Origin: Nitrospinaceae bacterium
GTDB taxonomy: Bacteria > Nitrospinota > Nitrospinia > Nitrospinales > Nitrospinaceae
Direction of reading: 5' to 3'
Assembly: GCA_965237905.1 (NCBI GenBank)
Contig: OZ250172.1
Coordinates: 64,001-128,000, forward strand
Length of the DNA: 64,000 bases
Shown here: piece by piece, positions 1 through 9,330 of the stretch
Position numbering within the stretch: position 1 is the stretch's first letter
Layout of the letters: the number at the start of each line of letters is the position of its first letter
The notes under the pieces: generated by a model
Seen by the model: the letters and a program-made list of their open reading frames with translations, nothing else
Told to the model about the DNA's origin: nothing
Databases searched by the model: none
Made by a program: the position numbers and the translations under genes

Positions 1-1001
1 GTCAGGGTGAAGACTCATCGGTACTTAAGTGCGGGAAGATTATCATCGCCACCGGGTCTTTACCCAAACCGATCTCAAAAATTCCTTTTGACGATCACTC
101 TATATTTCATAGTGACCAGCTTCTGGATGGGAAAGAAGCGTCAACCTCTCTGTTGATCGTCGGCGGAGATAAAACAGGGCTGGAAGCTGCCTACCTGTTC
201 AACCTTCTTGGAACCAAGGTTTTTCTGGTGGATGAAAACAACCGCTTGATCCATGACAAGGATCCCGATTTGATAACAGCTTTGGAAGCCGGATTCAAAA
301 AACAGAAGATCAAAACTCTGCTGGGCAAGAAGATCATTTCCATATTCAAGGATACTGAAAAGATAGACGTTACCCTGGACGGGGGGGTCAAGTTTTCAAC
401 GGAAAGAGTTCTGGTGTCGGGGGAACGTCTGGGAAATACGGCAGACCTTGGGTTGGATGGTTTGAGTATTGAAAAGGGATCCAACCAGGAAATCTGGGTG
501 AATGAAAATATGGAGACTTCGTTGAAGGGTGTCTTCGCCGTGGGGAGTGTAACAGGGCGATCCCGTTCCCTTCAAATTTCCAAAGAGGAGGGCAGGGTGG
601 CCGGAATCAATGCGACCGGAGGGAGTGAATCCATTGATCAAGACCAGATTCCGTTTTGCCTCCAGACGCAACCTGAAATCGTGAGTATCGGTTGCCTCAG
701 CGGAAATGCTCATTACAAAGGATATCGGGCGGTGGAGGGGCGGTATAATTCCTCCGGAGCCGAAGGTTCCCATAGCATGGATGGTTTTTGCAAGATCATA
801 GCCGACCGGGAATCGAAACGGATTATAGGTGCCCAAATTTTGGGTGTTCAGGCTTCAGAGTCCATTGCTCAGTTACAGCCGAATATCAGAGAGGGCGTGC
901 TGGTTAAAAAACTGGCGGAAATCAGTGAACCTACCTCGTCTTTAAAACCCATTATTTCGGCGGCCAAAAAATGCGTTCGAGCGCTGTCTGCCCAGCGTTA
1001 A
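1..1001 (+). CDS. Pyridine nucleotide-disulfide oxidoreductase, dihydrolipoamide dehydrogenase-like (5'-truncated by window edge)
   Basis: The frame is open from position 3 (QGEDSSVLKCGKIIIATGS...). It shows the IIIATGS, TSLKGVFAVG and C-terminal KIIADRESKRIIGAQILG dimerisation-domain motifs. The dinucleotide motif is degenerate (GGDKTG). Confidence 0.8.
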   Translation, partial: QGEDSSVLKCGKIIIATGSLPKPISKIPFDDHSIFHSDQLLDGKEASTSLLIVGGDKTGLEAAYLFNLLGTKVFLVDENNRLIHDKDPDLITALEAGFKKQKIKTLLGKKIISIFKDTEKIDVTLDGGVKFSTERVLVSGERLGNTADLGLDGLSIEKGSNQEIWVNENMETSLKGVFAVGSVTGRSRSLQISKEEGRVAGINATGGSESIDQDQIPFCLQTQPEIVSIGCLSGNAHYKGYRAVEGRYNSSGAEGSHSMDGFCKIIADRESKRIIGAQILGVQASESIAQLQPNIREGVLVKKLAEISEPTSSLKPIISAAKKCVRALSAQR

Positions 1002-1147
1002 TTCAAGGTTTTAGCGGGAATATCAAGCCTTGACTCAATTTTCTAATTGTGATAAAAACCTTCCTCTGCTAACGGGAAACCCCGGAGTGGCCCGCAACGC
1101 AATCTGCCATAATAGAGTTTCCGCAAGTTATTGAAATATATTCACTT

Positions 1148-1708
1148 ATGAGCGAAGAAACAGAAGAAAAAAAACCAGCCCCGGCCACACCCAAAGCAAA
1201 GGGTAAAAAGGACGAGGCTCAGGACACTCTTTGGTCGCGCCGCGACTTTTTCTCACTTGCCGGTTGGGCCAGTTTCATGGGTGCATTGGGGTTATCATCC
1301 CTGTATTTTTTGAGACTTTTATTTCCCCGGGTATTGTTCGAGCCGTCACCTAAGTTTAAAGCCGGTAACCCGGCAGACTATACGGTTGGCGAGGTCAGCA
1401 GCAAGTGGGTGCCTGATCAGCGCGTATGGGTGGTCCGCGATAATGAAAAAATTTATGCGATTCTGGCGCGGTGCACCCATCTCGGTTGCACCCCGCTCTG
1501 GTTGAGGTCGGAGGGAAAATACAAATGTCCCTGCCACGGTAGCGGATTTACCATGGACGGTATGAACTTTGAGGGTCCTGCTCCCCGTCCGCTGGAACGT
1601 TTGAAAGTAGAGGTCGGACCGGATGGTCAGATCGTCATTGATAAGAGTAAGAAATTTCTTTTTGAAAAGGGAGAATGGGGTAAGCCCGGCTCATTTCTCC
1701 GGGTCTGA
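1148..1708 (+). CDS. petC: Rieske 2Fe-2S subunit of a cytochrome bc/b6f-type complex
   Basis: Tat motif SRRDFF, a TM helix, and the CTHLGC, CPCHGSGF and GPAPRPL motifs. Confidence 0.95.
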   Translation: MSEETEEKKPAPATPKAKGKKDEAQDTLWSRRDFFSLAGWASFMGALGLSSLYFLRLLFPRVLFEPSPKFKAGNPADYTVGEVSSKWVPDQRVWVVRDNEKIYAILARCTHLGCTPLWLRSEGKYKCPCHGSGFTMDGMNFEGPAPRPLERLKVEVGPDGQIVIDKSKKFLFEKGEWGKPGSFLRV

Positions 1709-1755
1709 CATCCCTGCTTTCAGTTTATTAAGACAAGTTTACGGAGGTTTTTATT

Positions 1756-2586
1756 TTGGCCAACAAGCCCAAAATTCCAAATATAGCCGAGATCATGGCA
1801 GACATCAAAAGTGGCAAAATCTTTAATGATATTGCCAAGAAGTTTACCGAATCTCAGATATGGACTTCTTCCTTCCGGCATGGATACGCCGACACACCCC
1901 GCAACCGGGTTCTGCAGATTGCCAGTAACGTTTGGTTGCATTTGCATCCGGTTAAAATTCACCGCCATGCGTTGCGGATTAAATTCACCTGGTGCATGGG
2001 AGGGATCACGTTTCTGTTGTTTTTGTCCACCGTGGTCACTGGCGTGATTCTGATGTTTTATTACCGGCCGGTGGGGGAATACGCCTACTTCGATATGAAG
2101 TATCTGCAGTACGACGTGCCTTTCGGCATGTTGATGCGGAACATGCACCGATGGGCCGCCCATGCCATGGTGATTACCGTCTGGCTTCACATGTTCCGTG
2201 TGTTTTTAACGGGTTCCTATAAGCCGCCGCGCGAATTCAACTGGGTGATCGGCGTGTTTCTGGTGACCTTTACCTTGCTCCTGAGTTTTACCGGTTACCT
2301 GCTTCCCTGGGATCAACTGGCCATGTGGGCGGTAACTGTCGGTACCAATATGGCCCGCGGAACACCGTTTCTGGGCCATGAGGGACCCTTTCAGGAATAT
2401 GTGCCCCTCATCAGCGCCCGGTATGATATGCGTGCCGCACTATTGGGAGGGAGTCTGGTTGGACCTCCGGCCTTGCTGCGGTTTTACGTCTTGCATTGCA
2501 TTTTTATTCCGTTAGTCGCCGGGGCTCTGATGATTGTCCATTTCTGGAGAATCAGAAAAGACGGAGGAATCTCCGGCCCGCTTTAA
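1756..2586 (+). CDS. petB: Cytochrome b6-like N-terminal subunit (split cytochrome b)
   Basis: TTG start after GGAGG. Motifs [14 protein letters not shown]...[26 protein letters not shown] and RFYVLH...VH. Confidence 0.93.
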   Translation: MANKPKIPNIAEIMADIKSGKIFNDIAKKFTESQIWTSSFRHGYADTPRNRVLQIASNVWLHLHPVKIHRHALRIKFTWCMGGITFLLFLSTVVTGVILMFYYRPVGEYAYFDMKYLQYDVPFGMLMRNMHRWAAHAMVITVWLHMFRVFLTGSYKPPREFNWVIGVFLVTFTLLLSFTGYLLPWDQLAMWAVTVGTNMARGTPFLGHEGPFQEYVPLISARYDMRAALLGGSLVGPPALLRFYVLHCIFIPLVAGALMIVHFWRIRKDGGISGPL

Positions 2587-2641
2587 TCAATAGTAGTTTT
2601 GTTACTGGGGAATCCAGCTCATATAAGGAATTGTTCTGATC

Positions 2642-3397
2642 ATGGCCACTGCCGTTAAAAAGAAGATCGCTGAAGATTCACCGGAGAAGGTGCATGTCTG
2701 GCCTTATCTGGTGCGTCTTGAGTTTTTGTGCGCGCTTATTGTCATTGTCGGTTTAACGGTGTGGTCCATTGTGATCGACGCACCTCTGGAAGAAGCGGCC
2801 AATCCCACCAAAACCCCTAATCCCTCCAAAGCTCCCTGGTACTTTCTGGGCCTTCAGGACGTTCTGGTTTATTTCGACCCCTGGTTTGCCGGGGTTATTG
2901 CGCCGGTATTGATCATCGTGGGGCTGATGCTGATTCCCTATCTCGACGTCAATCCCAAGGGCAACGGATACTACACCTTTACGGAAAGAAAAATGGCCAT
3001 CTGTGTTTATACTTTCGGGTTCCTCGTCTTATGGGTCGCCCTCATCATCATGGGCGTATTCCTGCGCGGGCCGGGATGGAACCTGTTCATGCCCTGGCAG
3101 TACTGGGACCCGCATAAGGTGGTGGCGCTGGTCAATGTCGATCTGCCTTATGCCTTCGGGATACGAACCTATCTCAATGCCAGTATATTCGGCGGCACCG
3201 TGGTGTTGGGTTATTTTGCCCTGGGGACCGCTGCGTATTTTTTTATGGAACGCAAGGCCATCAAAAACGTGGGTTTTCTCCGAATGTTTTTGAAAATCAA
3301 TTTACTGCTGATCATGCTGGGTATGGTGATCAAGATCACTCTCCGGCTGGCATTCAACATCAAATATATCTGGGTCACACCCTGGTTTAATATCTGA
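2642..3397 (+). CDS. petD: Cytochrome b C-terminal / subunit IV-like membrane protein
   Basis: ANPTKTPNPSKAPWYF lies at the PEWY-equivalent position. Multiple TM helices. Directly follows the cytochrome b6-like gene. Confidence 0.85.
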   Translation: MATAVKKKIAEDSPEKVHVWPYLVRLEFLCALIVIVGLTVWSIVIDAPLEEAANPTKTPNPSKAPWYFLGLQDVLVYFDPWFAGVIAPVLIIVGLMLIPYLDVNPKGNGYYTFTERKMAICVYTFGFLVLWVALIIMGVFLRGPGWNLFMPWQYWDPHKVVALVNVDLPYAFGIRTYLNASIFGGTVVLGYFALGTAAYFFMERKAIKNVGFLRMFLKINLLLIMLGMVIKITLRLAFNIKYIWVTPWFNI

Positions 3398-3410
3398 GTT
3401 TTAAAAATAC

Positions 3411-6065
3411 ATGACAGAAGAACCAAATCGAAAAGAAGGGGAGTTTGACGAGACTACCTCGTATAGTTTCCTGTATTTCCTGGTGGCCGGAGCCACGTTG
3501 TTTGTCACCCTGTGGGCTTTCTGGGACGACGAATACAGCCGCCGGGGGTACAAGGAATTCCAGGACGTTTATTTTAAGGATCAGTACGTTCGCGCGGAGA
3601 ACGAGTATAAGGAAGTTACCCAGAAAATCCAGGCGAAGGAACAGGAAATTTTGGCCGCCATCGCCTCGGAAGAGCAAAAGCTAAATGCCAGCGATGAATA
3701 TGAAGAGCTCGCGGAAGTCGCCTGGGAAGCGCAAAATCATCTGGATGAAGTGACCGGAGATCAGAAATTCGCCAGGAGCCGGCTTGATGAATATTATTAC
3801 TATTACAAAAAAGCCATGCACGAAGGCAAAAACTTCGAGGTCCAATTGGCCAAGGTCCATGATACGGAAAAGGAAATTCAGGAATTTGATCCGGTCATTG
3901 CCGAATTGAAGCGCAAAAGGGACGAAGCCGAGGAAAAATTACTCAAATTCAAGGCCGAGAAGGAAAACCTGGAAAAAGAAATCGCCAAACTGGTCAACGA
4001 CAGGCAGATTCTTGAAGGAACTATGGATTATTACAAACCGTTTCCCTTTTTCTGGCGCGCCGCTGAAATTCTGCAAACGGTGATCCCGTCTTACGGTAAA
4101 AACAACTTCCAGGAAATTACCTATAAAGTCGACCGTTGTCATACCTGCCATATCGCCTACGATGACCCCTACTATGAAAACCATGAACAGCCGCTCAAGA
4201 CCCATCCCGATGTGGATCTTTACATTAAGAAGCACGATCCCCTGGTAACCGGGTGTACTTGGTGTCATAAAGGTCAAGGCACCGCCACGGCCCCTGCGGA
4301 GGATGCGCACGGCTCCCATCATGAGATGGATCAGTCGACCGGGATTAATGAGCCGATTCTGCTTGGTAATCTCATGCAGGCCAATTGCCGGAACTGCCAT
4401 GCGCCCCAGGTGGAATTGGAAGGGGCTCCGATGCTGTCCAAGGGTAAAAAATTATTCATCAAAATGGGTTGTCATGGATGCCACTTGGTGGAGGGTTATC
4501 AGAAAGAACGCAAGGTGGGACCCAGCCTGCTTCGCATCGCATCGAAGGTGGACCCAAGCTGGCTGGTCCGCTGGGTCAAGAAACCCAAGAATTACCTGCC
4601 CAAAACCCGCATGCCCAATTTTGGTTTGAGTGACGAGCATACGCTGGCCATTTCCGCCTATATCTGGGATGTTTCCGAAAAAGATTACAAGGTGGCCGAA
4701 ACCTATGAGGGCGGCGACCCGGCGAAAGGCAAACAATTGTTTGAAACGGTGGGGTGTCAGGCCTGTCATAAGGTCAAGGGCAACGGTGAGTTGTTCGGCC
4801 CCAATTTGACCCGCATCGGCAACAAGGTGAACCCGGACTGGCTGGTCAGCTGGATCAAAAATCCGGCTGAGTACAATCCCAATAGTATCATGCCGGATCT
4901 GCGGTTAACGTTGGAACAAGCTTCGGATATTACCGCGTATCTGTTGCAATTTGACCAGAAACGGCCGCAAACCGGTGTGGAGGAAAAACTCAACGATCCA
5001 GAGTTGATCAAGCTGGGTAAAACACTGGTTCGGGGAAGAGGGTGTTTTGCCTGTCACGACATCAAGGGCATGGAAAAAGAAGGCCGCATTGCCCCGGAAC
5101 TGACCGCATTCGGCAACAAGCAGACGCGGGAATTGGAGTTCGGCGACTCCCACATCCCCCTCACCTGGGAGTCCTGGACGCGCACCAAACTGAAAAAACC
5201 CGATTCCTACGCCACCGAACGGATTCTGGACAAGATGCCCGATTTCGAACTCGCGCCGGATGAGGTGGAAGTCCTGCTGGTCCTGCTTAAAGGATTTAAT
5301 GGTGTAAAAATTCCACAGCAGTATCAGAAAAATTACTCAGAGAAAGAACTGACCATTGAAAAAGGGCGACGCCTGATCACCCGTTACAATTGTCGCGGAT
5401 GCCATGTGGTGGAGCGCACCGGCGGTCATATTCAAGAGTTTCTTTCAGCGAAACCGCAGTACCCGCCTCCTCTGGAGATGGGGGATTACCATGTAGGAGA
5501 ACGCCTGAAGGGGTCGTGGCTATTCTCGTTCCTGAAAAAGCCCACACCCGTGAGGACTTGGATGAAAGTTCGTATGCCGACGTTTTCCCTCACTGACAAG
5601 GAAGTTCGGGATTTAACGGCTTACTTTGAGGCGATGTCTCCGAACGATATCAAATACGAGCCCGACGTCCACATCAAGAAGAACAAGGACAGCATACAAA
5701 CCGGGGTGAAGATCGTCAATTACATGGACTGCGGAAAATGCCATGATGACGGTGCCAAGGGAATTGATTTCTCCGTTGCCGCCCAGCGGTTAAAGCAGGG
5801 TTGGATTCCAAAATGGTTGAAGGATACCCGGGAAATGATCCCTTGGACCAAAATGCCCAACCATTGGTCTAAAAAAGACGGCAAGTACGTCATCCCCACC
5901 AAGTTCAGCGATCTTGAGGAATTTGAAGAAGGAAATATCGATTCTCATATCAAGCACATCGGTGATTTGATTCTCTCTTACAACACTGCCGAGGGCATTA
6001 ATTTCGAAGATTCTTTGGGCGAAGGCGGGGAGGAAGAAGAGGAAGAAGAAGACGAGGATGAATAG
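3411..6065 (+). CDS. Membrane-anchored octaheme c-type cytochrome
   Basis: N-terminal TM helix, long coiled coil and 8 CxxCH motifs (CHTCH, CTWCH, CRNCH, CHGCH, CQACH, CFACH, CRGCH, CGKCH), then an acidic tail. Confidence 0.92.
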   Translation: MTEEPNRKEGEFDETTSYSFLYFLVAGATLFVTLWAFWDDEYSRRGYKEFQDVYFKDQYVRAENEYKEVTQKIQAKEQEILAAIASEEQKLNASDEYEELAEVAWEAQNHLDEVTGDQKFARSRLDEYYYYYKKAMHEGKNFEVQLAKVHDTEKEIQEFDPVIAELKRKRDEAEEKLLKFKAEKENLEKEIAKLVNDRQILEGTMDYYKPFPFFWRAAEILQTVIPSYGKNNFQEITYKVDRCHTCHIAYDDPYYENHEQPLKTHPDVDLYIKKHDPLVTGCTWCHKGQGTATAPAEDAHGSHHEMDQSTGINEPILLGNLMQANCRNCHAPQVELEGAPMLSKGKKLFIKMGCHGCHLVEGYQKERKVGPSLLRIASKVDPSWLVRWVKKPKNYLPKTRMPNFGLSDEHTLAISAYIWDVSEKDYKVAETYEGGDPAKGKQLFETVGCQACHKVKGNGELFGPNLTRIGNKVNPDWLVSWIKNPAEYNPNSIMPDLRLTLEQASDITAYLLQFDQKRPQTGVEEKLNDPELIKLGKTLVRGRGCFACHDIKGMEKEGRIAPELTAFGNKQTRELEFGDSHIPLTWESWTRTKLKKPDSYATERILDKMPDFELAPDEVEVLLVLLKGFNGVKIPQQYQKNYSEKELTIEKGRRLITRYNCRGCHVVERTGGHIQEFLSAKPQYPPPLEMGDYHVGERLKGSWLFSFLKKPTPVRTWMKVRMPTFSLTDKEVRDLTAYFEAMSPNDIKYEPDVHIKKNKDSIQTGVKIVNYMDCGKCHDDGAKGIDFSVAAQRLKQGWIPKWLKDTREMIPWTKMPNHWSKKDGKYVIPTKFSDLEEFEEGNIDSHIKHIGDLILSYNTAEGINFEDSLGEGGEEEEEEEDEDE

Positions 6066-6141
6066 AATTTCTGGGTAGCCGTTTGGATCGAAAATAGTGT
6101 AAAGTAGGAACAGAAATATCTTAATTTAAAAGGATTGAAGC

Positions 6142-6324
6142 ATGGAAAATTCAGGGCTCGAAAATTTTCTTATTATTGCCTTGAAACCCGACAATATGCC
6201 GATTGCCGGCATGTTGGGGTTTATTGCGTTCGTCTTTTGGGTGGCGATCGTTCAAATGGTCAAGCACGACCGCCTGATCAAAGATAATAAGAAAGATAAA
6301 ATTTACGATGAAATGATCAAGTAA
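6142..6324 (+). CDS. Small single-TM membrane protein, probable bc-complex accessory
   Basis: 60 aa with an AAGGA RBS and a hydrophobic helix after KPDNMPI. Downstream of the cytochrome operon. Confidence 0.7.
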   Translation: MENSGLENFLIIALKPDNMPIAGMLGFIAFVFWVAIVQMVKHDRLIKDNKKDKIYDEMIK

Positions 6325-6819
6325 GTGGGTCTCTTCATTCTCGCATTTATTGCCTTCACCATTGGGATCGTTCTGATCCTCCTTCTGAAAAACGTCTCTC
6401 CGCCCCCTCCTCAGGAACAAATTCACTTCGACAATCCCGACGACAAACCCGTCTACCTGTTAGACCGCGAAGCGTTTAAGGAAAAATGTTTGGAGTTTCT
6501 CGGAAAATTCAATCTCGAGTACAAGCATTCTGTTTGGGCCAACAATCAGGAATTGGAAATCGATATGCTGGATGAAACGCCGGTTGTCGGTGGTAAATAT
6601 CTGGCCCTGTGCATTTTTGAACCTTCGAATATGTTGGTCGATCTTTTTAAGGTGAAGGGTTTTCTCGACTCGGTTAAAGGCGAGGGCGCCGCACGGGGGA
6701 TTGTGATCACCACCGGGTATTTTTCCGCTGACGCCCAGAAAGCCATTGAAGAAGATCCCGTTGAACTGGTCAATGTTGTTTCCTTCCTGGATTATTTGAA
6801 AAAGTTTGATATTTATTAA
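6325..6819 (+). CDS. Membrane-anchored Mrr-like restriction endonuclease-fold protein
   Basis: N-terminal TM helix. The C-terminal VKGFLDSV...GAARGIVITTGYFSADA...VELV resembles Mrr_cat. The GTG start abuts the previous stop codon. Confidence 0.7.
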   Translation: MGLFILAFIAFTIGIVLILLLKNVSPPPPQEQIHFDNPDDKPVYLLDREAFKEKCLEFLGKFNLEYKHSVWANNQELEIDMLDETPVVGGKYLALCIFEPSNMLVDLFKVKGFLDSVKGEGAARGIVITTGYFSADAQKAIEEDPVELVNVVSFLDYLKKFDIY

Positions 6820-6905
6820 GTCTTTCCGCTTCTCCACCGACTTGAAAATATTATCCCGGCTTCCCTTATTTCCTCCCGCTTCCTTTGTGATATACTGATA
6901 ACCTT

Positions 6906-7790
6906 ATGAAAATTAAGGCTATATTAGAAAAAGTGCGCCCCTCGTTCTCCTTTGAATTTTTCCCTCCCAAAAACAGTGAGGGATTTGAGCAGTTGTTCAC
7001 AACGATTGGGCAATTAGAATCCTGCCAGCCGACTTATGTTTCCGTTACCTTTGGAGCCGGAGGCAGTACCCGGGCCCAAACGATCGATTTGGTGGGGCGT
7101 ATTAAAAATGAAATCGGTCTTGAGTCGATGGCTCATTTGACTTGTGTGGGGAGCAGTCAGGAGGAACTTCGCGCTATTCTGGATACTCTTCAGGAAAAAG
7201 GCATCGATAATGTTCTGGCTTTAAGAGGGGACCCTCCGCAGGGTCAGGAGAAATTTGAAAAACCGGGAAACGGGTTTGCCTATGCCAACGAATTGGTTGA
7301 ATTCATTCGAAAGCATTATGATTTTTGTATTGGGGTGGCCGGGTATCCGGAAGGCCATGTCGAATGTCCTGATAAAAGTATGGATTTGGAAAATTTGAAA
7401 AGAAAAGTGGATGCCGGGGCGGATTTTATTGTCACGCAATTGTTTTTCGATAACCGCTTTTATTTTGATTTTGTGGAGCGGGCACGAAATATCGGGATCA
7501 AGATTCCGATTATTCCCGGGATCATGCCCATTTTAAATGTCAAACAGACCCAGCGGTTTACTAAAATGTGCGGATCCACTATACCGGAAGCACTTATGAA
7601 ACAACTGGAGTCCTCTCAAGACGAGCCGGAAACGGTTCGGAAAATAGGCATTGAGCATGCTACGCTCCAGTGTGAACTGTTGCTTCAGGAAGAGGCACCT
7701 GGTATTCATTTTTATACTTTGAATCGGTCGAACGCTACCTTGAAAATTCTGGAAAGCTTGAGGAATCTATCCGATAAAATCGGCGACTGA
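6906..7790 (+). CDS. metF: 5,10-methylenetetrahydrofolate reductase
   Basis: Motifs SFEFFPPK, SVTFGAGG, AHLTCV, LALRGDPP, AGYPEGH, TQLFFD and HFYTLN. Confidence 0.97.
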   Translation: MKIKAILEKVRPSFSFEFFPPKNSEGFEQLFTTIGQLESCQPTYVSVTFGAGGSTRAQTIDLVGRIKNEIGLESMAHLTCVGSSQEELRAILDTLQEKGIDNVLALRGDPPQGQEKFEKPGNGFAYANELVEFIRKHYDFCIGVAGYPEGHVECPDKSMDLENLKRKVDAGADFIVTQLFFDNRFYFDFVERARNIGIKIPIIPGIMPILNVKQTQRFTKMCGSTIPEALMKQLESSQDEPETVRKIGIEHATLQCELLLQEEAPGIHFYTLNRSNATLKILESLRNLSDKIGD

Positions 7791-7811
7791 TAATCGAACT
7801 TGCATCCAGTT

Positions 7812-8573
7812 ATGAAAATACTGCTAGCGACTCTGCTGATAACGATGTCCGGCGCTGTTCCCGTTACAGCTCAAGAAGAATCTGCCCGGTTACCCGTGGG
7901 TGATGAGGTTGGCCGGAACATGGTCTTGATTCCTGCGGGAAAATTTCAAAGAGGCTGTAATTCATTGGGGCCGGAACACGGAGCCCCGGCGCATCCGGTG
8001 TACCTGGATGCGTTTATGATTGATATTTATGAGGTCACCAATGAACGGCTTGAAAAGATTATGCCCGATCATAAATTGCGGCGGAGTATGTCCTCTCACT
8101 GTGATAATTGCGCGGTCACCAAAATTACCTGGTACGAGGCGGCGGACTACTGTCATTTGATCGGCAAAGCCCTTCCCAGTGAAGCCCAATGGGAAAAGGC
8201 CTCCGGGGCCGCCAATGGATGTGAGTTCCCTTGGGGTCCGGACTTTGATTCGAAAAAAAAACAGGCCCGCGGTGGTTTGGAATTGAAAGACAAAGCCAGC
8301 CCGGTTGGCAGTTATCCTCCCAATAAATTCGGAATTTATGATATGGGAGGCAATGTCTGGGAGTGGGTTACAGACTGGTATTCACCCCGGTATTATTTTT
8401 TGGAACCACTTTATAATCCCCGAGGACCTTCCCGGGGGGTGATGAAGGTCCGGCGGGGCGGGGCCTGGTCGGACAGCATCAAAGCAATGAAAGCCGGGTA
8501 CCGAGACTGGAGTTATCCCTTTTCAAGAAGCTACAGCGATATCGGTTTTCGCTGTGCGATCAATCTTAAATAA
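7812..8573 (+). CDS. Secreted formylglycine-generating enzyme (SUMF1/PvdO/NirV) family protein
   Basis: Signal peptide, then MVLIPAG, YEVTN, LPSEAQWEKA, DMGGNVWEW, RGGAW and GFRC. Alternative TTG start at 7800. Confidence 0.9.
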   Translation: MKILLATLLITMSGAVPVTAQEESARLPVGDEVGRNMVLIPAGKFQRGCNSLGPEHGAPAHPVYLDAFMIDIYEVTNERLEKIMPDHKLRRSMSSHCDNCAVTKITWYEAADYCHLIGKALPSEAQWEKASGAANGCEFPWGPDFDSKKKQARGGLELKDKASPVGSYPPNKFGIYDMGGNVWEWVTDWYSPRYYFLEPLYNPRGPSRGVMKVRRGGAWSDSIKAMKAGYRDWSYPFSRSYSDIGFRCAINLK

Positions 8574-8575
8574 TT

Positions 8576-9307
8576 ATGATCACACCCACCAAAATGGAAT
8601 ATATCAACCGCCTTGTGGCGGAATGTCTCTCGGAGGAAGGCGACTCACTGGAGATGAAGGGCCGGTTCATCGGTGACGAAGGCTTGGAAGCTCTGATGCT
8701 GGCGGATAAGCTGGAGGACATCGAAAACCTGGATCTTTCTAAAAATAAAATTACGCACCGGGGCATACCGCATCTGGTCAATTCGGACCGGTTGGTCAAA
8801 CTCAAGCGGCTGTATCTGGGTGAAAACCAAATTGGCGACAAGGGAACCACTCTTTTATCACAGGCCTCGTTCATTCCCAATCTGGTGCATATGGATGTAA
8901 GGTTCAACCATATCGGGCCTGATGGCGGGATGGCCCTGGCCGAGGGACCCTTCAAAAAAATTCAGGTTTTCATCGTGCAGGACAACCCGATTGGCGACGA
9001 AGCGCTGAAAACGATGGCCATGAATCCGGGATTCATGCACGTCCGAAAGCTCAACATCTATCGGGCAGGCATCACCGATCTGGGAATCAAGACACTGGCC
9101 AAGTCCAAGGTGTTTAAGAAACTGAAGCATCTCAATCTGGCGCGTAATATCCTGCGCGTCGATGCGGCGCTGGCTTTGGCGAATACCAAAACCCTCCTAA
9201 ATATCGAAACCCTTTTAATGTTTGATACTTTTATCGGCGACCAGGGGGTGGACGCTCTCCTTAAGTCCGAAGGCCTCTCCAAACTCAAAACACTCCGGTT
9301 GACTTAG
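8576..9307 (+). CDS. Leucine-rich repeat protein
   Basis: Repeated LxxLxLxxNxIGDxG units of about 27 aa. Confidence 0.85.
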   Translation: MITPTKMEYINRLVAECLSEEGDSLEMKGRFIGDEGLEALMLADKLEDIENLDLSKNKITHRGIPHLVNSDRLVKLKRLYLGENQIGDKGTTLLSQASFIPNLVHMDVRFNHIGPDGGMALAEGPFKKIQVFIVQDNPIGDEALKTMAMNPGFMHVRKLNIYRAGITDLGIKTLAKSKVFKKLKHLNLARNILRVDAALALANTKTLLNIETLLMFDTFIGDQGVDALLKSEGLSKLKTLRLT

Positions 9308-9330
9308 CAGAACTTCAAAGTAGAAGAATA

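Noticed and set aside
6820..6905. Possible SAM riboswitch before metF
   Set aside because: The region is short and pyrimidine-rich, has no SAM consensus, and a -10 box lies just before the ATG.
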